DNA from: Ignavibacterium sp.
GTDB lineage: Bacteria > Bacteroidota > Ignavibacteria > UBA10030
Direction of reading: 5' to 3'
DNA: 64,000 bases
Assembly (NCBI GenBank): GCA_039961715.1
Contig: JABRVW010000060.1
Span: 22,949 to 86,948 of the forward strand
A program made the position numbers and the translations under genes. The stretch's first letter is position 1. Every line of letters begins with the position of its first letter. Below, piece by piece: positions 10,106 to 19,569 of this stretch. Below the pieces are notes generated by a model, which was not told the DNA's origin, searched no databases, and saw nothing but the letters and a program-made list of their open reading frames with translations.

Positions 10106-10560
10106 AACAGAAGCGTCAGTTGGCAATAAAGGAAATCCTGTCGGAAAAAAGCATTGCGACCCAGGACGAGCTCTCCCAGGCATTGAAGCGTGCAGGGTTC
10201 AAAGTCACCCAGGCAACGCTCTCGAGGGACCTCCGGGAACTCGGTGTGGGCCGCGTCAACACGCCGGATGGGCCGCGTTACGTTCTTCAGCCGGAAAACG
10301 AAGAGAGAAAGCTTCGGGCTTTTCTCGGATACGAGATCGAAGGCATCCGCGCAAATGAGGCGGTCATAGTCGTCAAGACTCTGCCCGGCCGGGCGCAGGG
10401 CGTTGCAGAGATTATCGACAGCCTGCATCATCCCCTCGTTCTTGGAACGCTGGCAGGGGACAACACGATTCTGGTTACGCCGGCCTCGGTCAAGAAGATC
10501 CCCGATGTCATGCGGGTGATCCGTTCGCTGATGGTGGAGCGGCGCGCCGCCGCAGGCTGA
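10102..10560 (+). CDS. argR: Arginine repressor ArgR
   Basis: N-terminal winged-helix [25 protein letters not shown]-terminal oligomerisation/arginine-binding domain. ATGA overlap with argF. Confidence 0.85.
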   Translation: MKQKRQLAIKEILSEKSIATQDELSQALKRAGFKVTQATLSRDLRELGVGRVNTPDGPRYVLQPENEERKLRAFLGYEIEGIRANEAVIVVKTLPGRAQGVAEIIDSLHHPLVLGTLAGDNTILVTPASVKKIPDVMRVIRSLMVERRAAAG

Positions 10561-10604
10561 CAGGAACAATCAGGTCTTCTCATTACTCATTCTATGGAGT
10601 CACT

Positions 10605-11852
10605 GTGAAAAAACAACGAATTGCCGTGGCCTATTCGGGCGGATTGGACACCTCGGTCATTGTGCACTGGCTCAAGGAACGGTACAATGCAGAGATCGTC
10701 ACCGTGACCGGAAACCTGGGCCAGCGAAAGGAACTGGCTGGCCTGGCGGAGAAAGCATACAAAACCGGAGCCACAAAGGTCTATATCCAGGATCTGCGGG
10801 AAGAGTTTGTCGAGGAGTATCTCTGGCGATCACTCAAGGCCGGAGCCCTCTATGAGCACACATACCCGATGGCTACGTCCATCGGGAGACCATTGCTGGC
10901 AAAGGCTTTGGTTGACGTGGCCCGTCGCGAGCGTTGCACGGCCGTTGCACACGGTTGTACCGGAAAGGGAAACGATCAGGTGCGGTTTGAAGCCGCGGTG
11001 GCCGCGCTCGCGCCGGACCTGACCGTATTGGCTCCATTGCGGGAATGGGAGTTTCGTTCGCGGGAGGAAGAAATCGCCTATTGCGAACGACATGGCATCC
11101 CGGTCACAGCCACGAAGAAAAGCCCGTATTCCATCGATGAGAATGTCTGGGGGACAAGCATCGAATGCGGTGTTCTCGAGGACCCGATGGTCGAGCCTCC
11201 GGAGGACGCGTACCAACGTACCGTCTCGCCGAAAAGAGCCCCCGATAAGGTCCAATACGTCGCAATTGAATTCCGTCATGGAGTCCCCGTGGCAATGAAC
11301 GGAAAGACCATGAAGGGATTTGATCTCATCGATTCGCTCAATTCCATTGCCGGCGCGAACGGCATTGGGCGGATGGACCTCGTGGAGAACCGGCTGGTCG
11401 GAATAAAATCGCGCGAGATCTACGAGGCGCCCGCCGCCGTGACCCTGCACTTCGCACACCGCGAGCTCGAGAGGCTGACGCTTGACAAGGAGGTCATGCA
11501 CGTAAAGGCAAAAATCGCACACGATTATGCCAATCTCATCTACAATGGCCTGTGGTTTTCTCCTCTCCGCATGGCCTATGACGCGTTTGTGAATGAAACA
11601 CAGAAGGTTGTAAATGGATTGGTGAAGCTGAAGTTGTACAAAGGCACGATCGAGATCGCCGGCCGGACGTCACCGAACTCGCTCTACGACACGAAGCTGG
11701 CCACGTACACAGAAGAAGACTCGTTTGACCACAAGGCCAGCGAAGGTTTCATCAAAATCTTCAGCCTGCCGCTCAAAACCTACTATAGGGTCAATGGCAA
11801 CGGGCTTGCCAAAAGACCAGCCGTGATGCGGAAAAAAGCGAAAAAGCCGTAA
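10605..11852 (+). CDS. argG: Argininosuccinate synthase
   Basis: PP-loop motif [14 protein letters not shown] start with GGAG 6 nt upstream. 415 aa. Confidence 0.9.
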   Translation: MKKQRIAVAYSGGLDTSVIVHWLKERYNAEIVTVTGNLGQRKELAGLAEKAYKTGATKVYIQDLREEFVEEYLWRSLKAGALYEHTYPMATSIGRPLLAKALVDVARRERCTAVAHGCTGKGNDQVRFEAAVAALAPDLTVLAPLREWEFRSREEEIAYCERHGIPVTATKKSPYSIDENVWGTSIECGVLEDPMVEPPEDAYQRTVSPKRAPDKVQYVAIEFRHGVPVAMNGKTMKGFDLIDSLNSIAGANGIGRMDLVENRLVGIKSREIYEAPAAVTLHFAHRELERLTLDKEVMHVKAKIAHDYANLIYNGLWFSPLRMAYDAFVNETQKVVNGLVKLKLYKGTIEIAGRTSPNSLYDTKLATYTEEDSFDHKASEGFIKIFSLPLKTYYRVNGNGLAKRPAVMRKKAKKP

Positions 11853-11881
11853 TTCTGAAGGCTCAAAACCACCCTTTTTTC

Positions 11882-11928
11882 TTGACTCCCGCAACTTTAT
11901 TGGCTTTATTATCGTAATAATACGATAA
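11882..11928 (+). promoter_or_regulatory. Putative ars promoter (-35 TTGACT) with 8-4-8 inverted-repeat operator, candidate ArsR binding site
   Basis: TTGACT at 11882-11887. Perfect inverted repeat TTATCGTA-ATAA-TACGATAA at 11909-11928, ending 5 nt before the arsR ATG. The region is conspicuously AT-rich relative to its surroundings. Confidence 0.4.
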
Positions 11929-11933
11929 AAGAA

Positions 11934-12266
11934 ATGCCCAGAACGAAGAAGCATTTGTTCAGCAAAGCCGACGTCGAGCTTTCAGAGATTGCAAAAGCCT
12001 TGACCCATCCGGCAAGGATTGCCATTCTGAAAGAATTGTCAAGACGACAAGAATGCATTTGTGGGGAGATTGTTGATCGCATTCCGCTCGCACAGGCCAC
12101 GGTTTCTCAGCATCTCAAGGAGTTGAAATCGTTGGGTCTCATCGCCGGAGAGATAGAAGGGCCGAAATCCTGCTATTGCATCAACTGGAAAAAGCTCGAC
12201 GAGGTGTCGGCTTTATTGAGGGATTTTTTCGATCAGCTCAGAACCAACCACCAACGCTGTTGTTAA
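11934..12266 (+). CDS. arsR: ArsR/SmtB family metalloregulator
   Basis: Helix-turn-helix ARIAILKELS....ATVSQHLKELK. Metal(loid)-binding Cys cluster ECICGE just upstream of the recognition helix. Visibly lower GC than neighbouring genes. Confidence 0.8.
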   Translation: MPRTKKHLFSKADVELSEIAKALTHPARIAILKELSRRQECICGEIVDRIPLAQATVSQHLKELKSLGLIAGEIEGPKSCYCINWKKLDEVSALLRDFFDQLRTNHQRCC

Positions 12267-12282
12267 GAAAGGGAAAAGCATC

Positions 12283-13086
12283 ATGGAGAATCGGACGGAT
12301 CTCAAGGACATCGTCAGGGAAAAATACGGGGAGATTGCCCGCCGGTCGGAGCGAGCATCGTCGTCGTGCTGTGGGCCGGGATGTGGCTGTTCGGGGGATA
12401 CCATCATGGCGGACTCCTACACGGCGCTTGAAGGCTATGTCGCGGAGGCCGACCTCGGTCTCGGGTGCGGAATCCCGACTGACGGAGCGGGCATACGAGC
12501 CGGCGACGTCGTGCTTGATCTTGGATCAGGTGCCGGGAACGATGTGTTTGTTGCACGCCGGCTCGTCGGAGAGCACGGCAGGGTCATCGGGGTGGACTTC
12601 ACTCCGGCCATGGTTGAAAAAGCGGAATCGAATCGGCGGAAACTGGGCTATGAGAACGTGGAGTTCCGGCTTGGCGATATCGAAGAGCTTCCGGTCGAGT
12701 CCGGTTCAGTGGACGTTGTCATTAGCAACTGCGTCTTGAATCTTGTACCGGAGAAGTCAAAGGCTTTTGAGCAAATCTTCCGTGTATTGAAGCCCGGAGG
12801 CCACTTCAGCATTTCGGACATCGTTGTGTCGGCCCCCCTCCCCCCTGCTCTTCGTTCCGTCGCAGAGCTCTATGCAGGATGTGTTGCAGGGGCCGTGGAG
12901 CGCAGAGAATACATCCGCTTGATCGAATCGGCTGGATTCCGTACTGTAAGAATCATAAAGGAAAAACAAATCACGATTCCCGAAGAAGACCTCAGAACAT
13001 TAGTTTCGCCTGCCGATCTCGAAGCATATTATTCATCGGGAGCGAAAATCGAAAGCATCACCGTCGTGGGAGAAAAACCTCAATGA
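12283..13086 (+). CDS. arsM: Arsenite S-adenosylmethionine methyltransferase
   Basis: N-terminal As(III)-binding cysteines SSSCCGPGCGCSGD. SAM-binding motif VLDLGSGAGNDVF. Third conserved Cys in NCVLNL. 267 aa. Confidence 0.85.
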   Translation: MENRTDLKDIVREKYGEIARRSERASSSCCGPGCGCSGDTIMADSYTALEGYVAEADLGLGCGIPTDGAGIRAGDVVLDLGSGAGNDVFVARRLVGEHGRVIGVDFTPAMVEKAESNRRKLGYENVEFRLGDIEELPVESGSVDVVISNCVLNLVPEKSKAFEQIFRVLKPGGHFSISDIVVSAPLPPALRSVAELYAGCVAGAVERREYIRLIESAGFRTVRIIKEKQITIPEEDLRTLVSPADLEAYYSSGAKIESITVVGEKPQ

Positions 13087-13514
13087 TGTTCAGGAGTGCC
13101 GGAGCAGGCGACCTGGAAGCCATTGTTCGATTGCTGGACGAAAACATGCTGCCTTCCGCCGACATTGGCGAGCACCTGGATGACGTTCTGGTCGCATTCG
13201 ATGACGGAGCAGTGATCGGTGTTGTGGGTGGTGAATACTCAGGCCATGATGCATTGCTCCGCTCCCTTGCGGTTCAAACAGCTTCTCGGGGACGCGGGCT
13301 CGGGATCGCTCTCACTCGTGCGATGCTCTCGGTCATGAAGGAACGGGGTGTCCGGCGGGTTGCCCTTCTGACCACAACCGCCGAGGGCTTTTTCGCTAAG
13401 CAGGGTTTTCGTACTGTCCCGAAAGGTCGGATCCCGGATTTCGTAAAAGCATCGAAGGAATTCCGTCTCTATTGTCCCTCGACGGCAGTCTGCATGGTAA
13501 AAGAACTGGCATGA
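13083..13514 (+). CDS. GNAT N-acetyltransferase, ArsN-like / short N-acetylglutamate-synthase-like
   Basis: 143 aa single GNAT domain with acetyl-CoA motif LAVQTASRGRGLGIAL. Start (MMFRS) overlaps the arsM stop by 4 nt, and its own stop overlaps the arsC start by 4 nt, so it is translationally coupled into the ars cassette. Confidence 0.7.
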   Translation: MMFRSAGAGDLEAIVRLLDENMLPSADIGEHLDDVLVAFDDGAVIGVVGGEYSGHDALLRSLAVQTASRGRGLGIALTRAMLSVMKERGVRRVALLTTTAEGFFAKQGFRTVPKGRIPDFVKASKEFRLYCPSTAVCMVKELA

Positions 13515-13948
13515 AAGGCCGGCAAAAGCAAAGGGTTCTTGTCCTCTGTACGGGCAACAGCTGTCGCAGTCAGATGGCTGAGGGATGGCTGAGGCATTTT
13601 GCCGGCGAACGCGCCGAAGTGTTCAGCGCGGGCATCGAGGCTCACGGCCTGAATCCCCTGGCCGTCCGCGTCATGCGCGAAGCGGGAATCGACATTTCCG
13701 GTCACACGTCGAAGACCATCGAGGACCTCGGCGCCAGGGATTTCGACATGGTCATTACCGTCTGCGACAATGCCCGCGAGCAGTGCCCCTATTTTCCGGC
13801 CCGCGTGCGTCAACTCCATCATGACTTTCAGGACCCCGCAAAGGTCAGCGGTACGGAAGAAGAAGTCCTTTCTGCCTTCCGCGCCGTTCGGGACCAGATC
13901 AGAATCTACTGCCAGGCCGTGGCTATTCAGTACATCAAAGCTGTTTAG
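13511..13948 (+). CDS. arsC: Arsenate reductase, LMW-PTP/thioredoxin-coupled type
   Basis: P-loop CX5R VLVLCTGNSCRSQMAEGW. Downstream redox Cys pair ITVCDNAREQCPYFP, as in Bacillus-type ArsC. The internal ATG at 13511 gives a 145-aa product. Confidence 0.85.
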   Translation: MKGRQKQRVLVLCTGNSCRSQMAEGWLRHFAGERAEVFSAGIEAHGLNPLAVRVMREAGIDISGHTSKTIEDLGARDFDMVITVCDNAREQCPYFPARVRQLHHDFQDPAKVSGTEEEVLSAFRAVRDQIRIYCQAVAIQYIKAV

Positions 13949-14045
13949 GCTGTAGTGCCCATTGCCAATTCAAAATCCCCATTGCCCTCCCTCCGATTTT
14001 TTCCTATCTTCTCACTCTTTCCTTCATCACACGGAACAAATCGTC

Positions 14046-15434
14046 ATGTCGCAGAAAGCGCTATGGAGCGGCCGGTTCAAGGAATCATTGTCGAAGGCCG
14101 CCCTCACGTTCTCCTCTTCCATCGAATTCGACAAGCAACTTTACCAGGAAGACATCGCAGGAAGCATTGCACACGTAGAGATGCTTTCCGCGTGCCGGAT
14201 CATCACAGCCGCCGAGGCGCGTAAGATCCGCAACACCCTCAAAGCTATCCAGAAGGAAATTGAAACAGGGAAATTCCCCCTGGGAGATGAAGAGGAGGAC
14301 ATCCATCTTGCCATCGAGCAGAGACTCATTCAGAAGATCGGGCCGGTCGGGGGGAAATTGCATACGGCGAGGAGCCGGAACGACCAGATAGCGCTTGATG
14401 AGCGTCTGTTCCTGCGAACCGCTGTCAGGGAGATCCAGAAGCTCATCACCCATCTTCAACGCGTCCTCTTGTACAAATCAGAGAAGTACTTTGGCGTTCT
14501 GATGCCCGGATACACTCATGTCCAGCGGGCACAGCCGGTTCTTTTGGCTCATCACCTGCTGGCGTACGTATCTATGCTTGAACGGGATTACGAACGGTTG
14601 GGCGACTGCCTGAAACGCTCTAACAAGTCGCCGCTCGGAGCGGCCGCGCTCGCCGGGACATCGTTCCCCATCGATCGGATGAAGACAGCGAAGAAGCTGG
14701 GATTTGACGGGATTGTGGAGAATAGCATCGATGCTGTCAGCGACCGCGATTATATCCTGGAATTTGTCTCCGCGTGCTCAATCCTTGCCATGCATCTGAG
14801 CCGCATGGCAGAGGAGTTCGTTTTGTGGTCAACCAAAGAGTTTGCCTTCGTGCAGATCAGCGATGCCTATACAACGGGCAGCAGCATCATGCCCCAGAAG
14901 AAGAATCCGGACATTGCCGAACTGATACGCGGCAAGACCGGTTCCGTGTACGGTAACCTGATGAACCTGCTGACGATGATGAAGGCCCTTCCGCTCGCCT
15001 ATAACAGAGACATGCAGGAGGACAAGGCCCCGCTCTTTGAAACCGTCAAAACCGTCCGGACAAGCCTGTTTGTAATGACGCACATGCTCGTGCATACGGA
15101 GTTCCGAAAGGAACATCTGGAAGAAGAGCTGCGAAACGACTTCACTTCAGCGACCGACGTCGCGGACTATCTGGTGCGCAAGGGCCTTCCCTTCAGGGAA
15201 GCACACGAAATCACGGGACGCATCGTTTCCTACTGCATCGATCACAGGATGTACTTCGGGAACCTCGACCTGGAAACTCTGAAGACCTTTTCGAAGCATT
15301 TCGAAGCGGATATTTTTGATTTCCTCCTTCCGCGCCAGAGTGTGGAGCAAAAGAAATCAGCAGGCAGTACGTCGCCGCAGGAAGTGAAGAAGCAGATTGT
15401 ACACTGGACCCGGGTGTTGAAGGCGAGAAAATAG
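14046..15434 (+). CDS. argH: Argininosuccinate lyase
   Basis: Fumarate-lyase family. MSQKALWSGRF start gives a 462-aa product; the 28-codon upstream extension in the ORF track is rejected. Conserved GSSIMPQKKNPD signature. Confidence 0.9.
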   Translation: MSQKALWSGRFKESLSKAALTFSSSIEFDKQLYQEDIAGSIAHVEMLSACRIITAAEARKIRNTLKAIQKEIETGKFPLGDEEEDIHLAIEQRLIQKIGPVGGKLHTARSRNDQIALDERLFLRTAVREIQKLITHLQRVLLYKSEKYFGVLMPGYTHVQRAQPVLLAHHLLAYVSMLERDYERLGDCLKRSNKSPLGAAALAGTSFPIDRMKTAKKLGFDGIVENSIDAVSDRDYILEFVSACSILAMHLSRMAEEFVLWSTKEFAFVQISDAYTTGSSIMPQKKNPDIAELIRGKTGSVYGNLMNLLTMMKALPLAYNRDMQEDKAPLFETVKTVRTSLFVMTHMLVHTEFRKEHLEEELRNDFTSATDVADYLVRKGLPFREAHEITGRIVSYCIDHRMYFGNLDLETLKTFSKHFEADIFDFLLPRQSVEQKKSAGSTSPQEVKKQIVHWTRVLKARK

Positions 15435-15551
15435 CAGGGTGGGGAAATCGGGGTCCTGTCCGGTCACTTGTCCGGAGAGGATTTTCCCGCCGGCCATGTG
15501 AGGGGCGAGCACCTCGAATTCTTTACAACACTGTGCGAAGGTCCCGTTGCG

Positions 15552-17237
15552 CTACCTCCGATAGCCGGGCCCCCGGAGTGGCTTCCCCGGAAAATTCCCG
15601 GTGAATCTCCCGTCTTCCCACACAGAAACCCCATTCACCAGAACAAGATCCATTCCTTCGGAGTACCGATGCGGATTCTCGAACGTGGCTTTGTCGGTCA
15701 CTTTCGCGGGATCAAATATCACGACATCCGCGTAGAACCCCGGTTTCAGCAATCCCCGATCCCGTAATCCCACGCGTTGCGCAGGAAGCGAGGTCATCTT
15801 CCGGACCGCTTCTTCAAGTGTCAACACCTGCGCTTCGCGCACGTAGTGCCGCAAAATACGGGGGAAACTTCCATATGCCCGGGGGTGCGGTTTCCCTTCG
15901 CTAAGGGGTCCATCCGTTGCGCGCTGTCCGCCATCCGTGCAGAAGCTGACCCACGGCTGTGCCATGGCCATCCGCACGTCCTCCTCGTTCATCGAGAAGA
16001 AGATCGCGCTGACCCGCGCCGAATCCTCCAGGACAAGATCCAACAGTGCATCGATGGGGTGAACTTTTCGATCTCTGGCGATCTGACTCAGACGCATTCC
16101 CTCGTATTGCTTCAGCCCCGGCGATTGCACCCCCGCAATGAGAATCCCCTCGGGCCCCGTGGCTGCAAAGGAATTATCCGTTCCTGCCGTGGCTCCCGTC
16201 ATCTCATCCCGAATCTTCTTCCTTGTTCCAGGATCTGAGAGTCTCTCCAACAGCCGATGGACGCCGCCGTCATGAGCCCATGTGGGAATTCGGGAACTAA
16301 GGCTGGTTCCGCTTGCGGGATACGGGTAGATATTGGCCGTCATGTCGAGGCCGTCTTGCCTGTATCGATTGATCAGGTTTACTACTGACGCCATCGCGCC
16401 CCAGTTCTGCCTTCCGGCGACTTTGAGGTGCCAGATCTCCACAGGCAGTGAAGCCGCGCGGGCAATGTCGCCGGCTTCCAACAAGGCTTCCGTGATCCGG
16501 TTGCCTTCATCGCGAATATGCGAAATGTAGATCCCGCCGAAGGCGCTTGCCTCCTTCGCCAGTTCGATGAGCTCGTCCGTTCTGGCAAACGTCGCTGGCG
16601 CGTAAATCAGCGACGTGCTGAGGCCCAGGGCGCCCTGCTCCATGGCTGTTCGCACAAGGTGCTTCATCTGGACCAGTTCTTCCCCTGTAGGGGCACGGTC
16701 ATCCAGACCGATCACAAAACGGCGAACCTGCGTTGCTCCGACGAATGTTCCGAGATTGATGGCGGGTTTGCGGCGCTCCAGGGCCCGGAAATATCCCGCG
16801 AGATCGGTCCAGTCTATTTCAACACCATATCGTTCCGTCCACCGACGCATGCTCTCGCGAATCCGGTCATTGACAGGAGCGGCAGAGCTTCCCTCCCCCG
16901 TTATCTCTGTCGTGATCCCTTGGGAGATCTTGCTCATCGCGCGAGGGTCAACGAGCAGGTTCAGTTCCGACTGCCCGAGCATGTCGATGAATCCGGGGGC
17001 CACAACCCTTCCGCCGGCATCAATGACACGGTCCGCGTTCACTGTATCGAGTTTTCCAATGGCCGCGATCCTGTCGCCGCGGATTCCAACGTCGCCTCTG
17101 TACCAGGGGTTGCCGGTTCCGTCCACGATCGTCGCACGGGTGATGACAATGTCAAACCGTTCACTGCGGGAATCACATCCCGCAAGGAAGGCCAAGGCAA
17201 CAAGAATGAGTGGGCAGAGGCGCATGAATGGGTTCAT
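15552..17237 (-). CDS. N-acyl-D-amino-acid deacylase (D-aminoacylase) family amidohydrolase, lipoprotein
   Basis: Lipoprotein signal ...LAFLAGCDS. D-aminoacylase N-terminal pattern ATIVDGTGNPWYRGDVGIRGDRIAAIG...APGFIDMLGQSE. 561 aa. Confidence 0.75.
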   Translation of the reverse strand: MNPFMRLCPLILVALAFLAGCDSRSERFDIVITRATIVDGTGNPWYRGDVGIRGDRIAAIGKLDTVNADRVIDAGGRVVAPGFIDMLGQSELNLLVDPRAMSKISQGITTEITGEGSSAAPVNDRIRESMRRWTERYGVEIDWTDLAGYFRALERRKPAINLGTFVGATQVRRFVIGLDDRAPTGEELVQMKHLVRTAMEQGALGLSTSLIYAPATFARTDELIELAKEASAFGGIYISHIRDEGNRITEALLEAGDIARAASLPVEIWHLKVAGRQNWGAMASVVNLINRYRQDGLDMTANIYPYPASGTSLSSRIPTWAHDGGVHRLLERLSDPGTRKKIRDEMTGATAGTDNSFAATGPEGILIAGVQSPGLKQYEGMRLSQIARDRKVHPIDALLDLVLEDSARVSAIFFSMNEEDVRMAMAQPWVSFCTDGGQRATDGPLSEGKPHPRAYGSFPRILRHYVREAQVLTLEEAVRKMTSLPAQRVGLRDRGLLKPGFYADVVIFDPAKVTDKATFENPHRYSEGMDLVLVNGVSVWEDGRFTGNFPGKPLRGPGYRR

Positions 17238-17815
17238 TCGAATGCTCCGGAATTGATGATCTCATAGAGCCCCCCGGCAAGGAAGGTCAGGAGAACGATC
17301 GCTGCCGCCTTGGCCTCATGGAGTCGCTCTGCGTACTTCAGGCCGAAATAACACAGAATCCCGGGCCATCCCCAGGCCATGCCGATGAGGGAAACCAGAA
17401 GGCTGATCTTTGGCAAAATGAGCTCAGGATCGTCGGGGAAAGCAAGCGCGCCGCCGACAGTGATGACGATGGAAACGGCAGAGGTGACAACGAGAGGGGC
17501 TGCAGAGAGGCCCACAACAGCAACAATGTTCGGAAGCTCCCCCAGGCCCCCCATCACTTCCGCCGCGAGGCGGAAGAGAATCGTCAAAAAGGCCCACGTG
17601 AGATAGGTGGTCAGAAACGATCCGAAAAAGGTGATGAGACTGAAGCCCATGCTGCCCGACTTGATCGATGCGGACAGAAAGGAATTCAGCGAAGAGATCA
17701 ACGCATAGACAGAAACGATGATGATGGCATGGCCAAGGCTCGGTGATTCATACTGGTCGAACATCGCATCGTCCGGGGAGGACAACAGGAGAATAAAGCG
17801 GTCGAGGACACTCAT
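17234..17815 (-). CDS. Yip1-domain integral membrane protein
   Basis: About 5 TM helices and overall Yip1/DUF1282-like topology. Stop/start overlap with the D-aminoacylase gene. Confidence 0.5.
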   Translation of the reverse strand: MSVLDRFILLLSSPDDAMFDQYESPSLGHAIIIVSVYALISSLNSFLSASIKSGSMGFSLITFFGSFLTTYLTWAFLTILFRLAAEVMGGLGELPNIVAVVGLSAAPLVVTSAVSIVITVGGALAFPDDPELILPKISLLVSLIGMAWGWPGILCYFGLKYAERLHEAKAAAIVLLTFLAGGLYEIINSGAFE

Positions 17816-17890
17816 GAAGTGGGGGGCGCCTGATGTGGTCGGGAAATTATACCGGTTTTACGAGGGAAAAGCAACAAAAACCGTTGAACG

Positions 17891-18820
17891 TCAGTCTGCC
17901 TTCGCCCGTGCGAAAAACAAACCAAACCCTCCCCGCTCCACGAAACGATCCCATGCCCGCATCAGCGATGGCGCAAGAGCCAGAGCAATGCCGGCAACCA
18001 GAATCCCCACGACCGCGTCCGTAAGGTAATGATATCGGCCATAGAAGGTGGAAACGTACAGGGAAAGAACGATCGGGGTAAGAATGTAGAAAGAAGGACG
18101 GTGGTAGCGATAGGCCATGACCCACATAATGGTTGCGGCCGCGGCATGAGGACTCGGAATGGACCCGCCTGCATAGTGGAGCTGGCTTCGCATCAGCTCT
18201 CCGAGGTATGTGAACACATATCCGTCGAGGGGGACGGTGTAGATATCGGGTACGTAATAGAGCGGACTGGCAACGGGGAACAGGATGAAGCCGATGTCAC
18301 AGAAAACGTTTGTCAGTCCGAGGGCGAAAAAGTACTCCTCCATCGGAAGCTCTCCGCGCGTGAAATATATGATGCCGCAGAGGACGGGATACATCGGCAC
18401 GTAGATCACATAGGAAAACATCATCCACTCCGTCAGCCACGGCATGGTATATTTCTGAAGCCAGAGTGTCGGCTGGACGCCGAACACATATTGTTCGAAA
18501 TCCAGTACCAGGTAATCGAGCCAGTCTGAGTGGATGATCAGTTGGAGGCTTGCCACGGCGCCGAACAAATAGGCGTAGGAAAGCGTGATGGCGGCAACCC
18601 GCACGAAGAAACGCCAGAAGCGATGGCGAATCTTCGGCGTGACATAGACCGCGGCAACGAACAGCGCTCCAACTCCCAGATTCTTCAAGAGCAAAACGTG
18701 CCATCCGTCGACAAGAAAGAGAATGGCGAGGAGGCTGAAAATGACAAGTGTTCCAAGAACGAGCGCGTCGGTGATCTGAAACTCAAGTTTTCCCACAATG
18801 ATCCGTCGGCCGAGAAACAT
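17891..18820 (-). CDS. PAP2 superfamily membrane phosphatase/phosphotransferase-like protein
   Basis: Multi-TM protein with C-terminal PAP2-like motifs: SIPSPH (PSxH) and GRYHYLTDAV (R..H...D). Confidence 0.5.
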   Translation of the reverse strand: MFLGRRIIVGKLEFQITDALVLGTLVIFSLLAILFLVDGWHVLLLKNLGVGALFVAAVYVTPKIRHRFWRFFVRVAAITLSYAYLFGAVASLQLIIHSDWLDYLVLDFEQYVFGVQPTLWLQKYTMPWLTEWMMFSYVIYVPMYPVLCGIIYFTRGELPMEEYFFALGLTNVFCDIGFILFPVASPLYYVPDIYTVPLDGYVFTYLGELMRSQLHYAGGSIPSPHAAAATIMWVMAYRYHRPSFYILTPIVLSLYVSTFYGRYHYLTDAVVGILVAGIALALAPSLMRAWDRFVERGGFGLFFARAKAD

Positions 18821-18849
18821 GGATGTTCCTGAATCGTGAAACGAAGAAA

Positions 18850-19569
18850 TTATACCACAATAAAAAAGTCGAGAGCAACCCCCAACAACCAGTGGATGAG
18901 AAATCCGTAGAAGATCGATCCGGTCCGAAAGGCCAGGATTCCCCAGACAAGGCCTCCGAGAATGGAGCTGAACGTCTCGGCGGCAGGCTTACCGATGTGG
19001 ACCAGGCAAGAGGCAAGGACCTGAATGAGAATGCTGTTCCAATCGCCGAAGGCACTGCGAAGGCCAAACTGCATGAACCCTCTGAAATACGTCTCCCACC
19101 CTGCGTAGAAGAGCCCGTACGAAAGAGCGTGGAGCGCAAACGAGTTCCAGTTCTCGCCTGCTCCGCGATACAACGGATACTCCGCCAGAAATTCAGGCAT
19201 GGAGGCCGAGGGATACGCTGAGGCGACAAACAGGGGCGCTAGAACGGCCAGGGCGGCAAACCCGAATCGCGCATCGCCCCAACGGAATCCATACAGCGAC
19301 AGCTTCTCCCCGAAAACAAACCGGATAAGGGCAACGGGGATCAACCCAAAAAGCACAAAAGACGACAGAAAAACATACAACGCCGCCGTCCACTCCGGAT
19401 TGCCGGCGAGAACAAACGTGCCGCTCAGGGCCTCCTCGTACCACTCCTTCGAACCGTAGTACTTGAACAGAGTCAGGAGGATGGGCGTTAGCAGAAGGAT
19501 CAGCGTGGTCTTCCGTTGTCCGCCGCTGAAGAGAGCCGAAGGGGGAAGCGAGGAACCGAACAGGCTCAT
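18850..19569 (-). CDS. CPBP family intramembrane metalloprotease (CAAX protease/Abi-like)
   Basis: TM protein carrying WETYFRG (EExxxR-like), LVHIG (FxxxH) and HWLLG motifs. The ATG at 19569 overlaps the upstream epimerase stop by 4 nt. Confidence 0.6.
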   Translation of the reverse strand: MSLFGSSLPPSALFSGGQRKTTLILLLTPILLTLFKYYGSKEWYEEALSGTFVLAGNPEWTAALYVFLSSFVLFGLIPVALIRFVFGEKLSLYGFRWGDARFGFAALAVLAPLFVASAYPSASMPEFLAEYPLYRGAGENWNSFALHALSYGLFYAGWETYFRGFMQFGLRSAFGDWNSILIQVLASCLVHIGKPAAETFSSILGGLVWGILAFRTGSIFYGFLIHWLLGVALDFFIVV

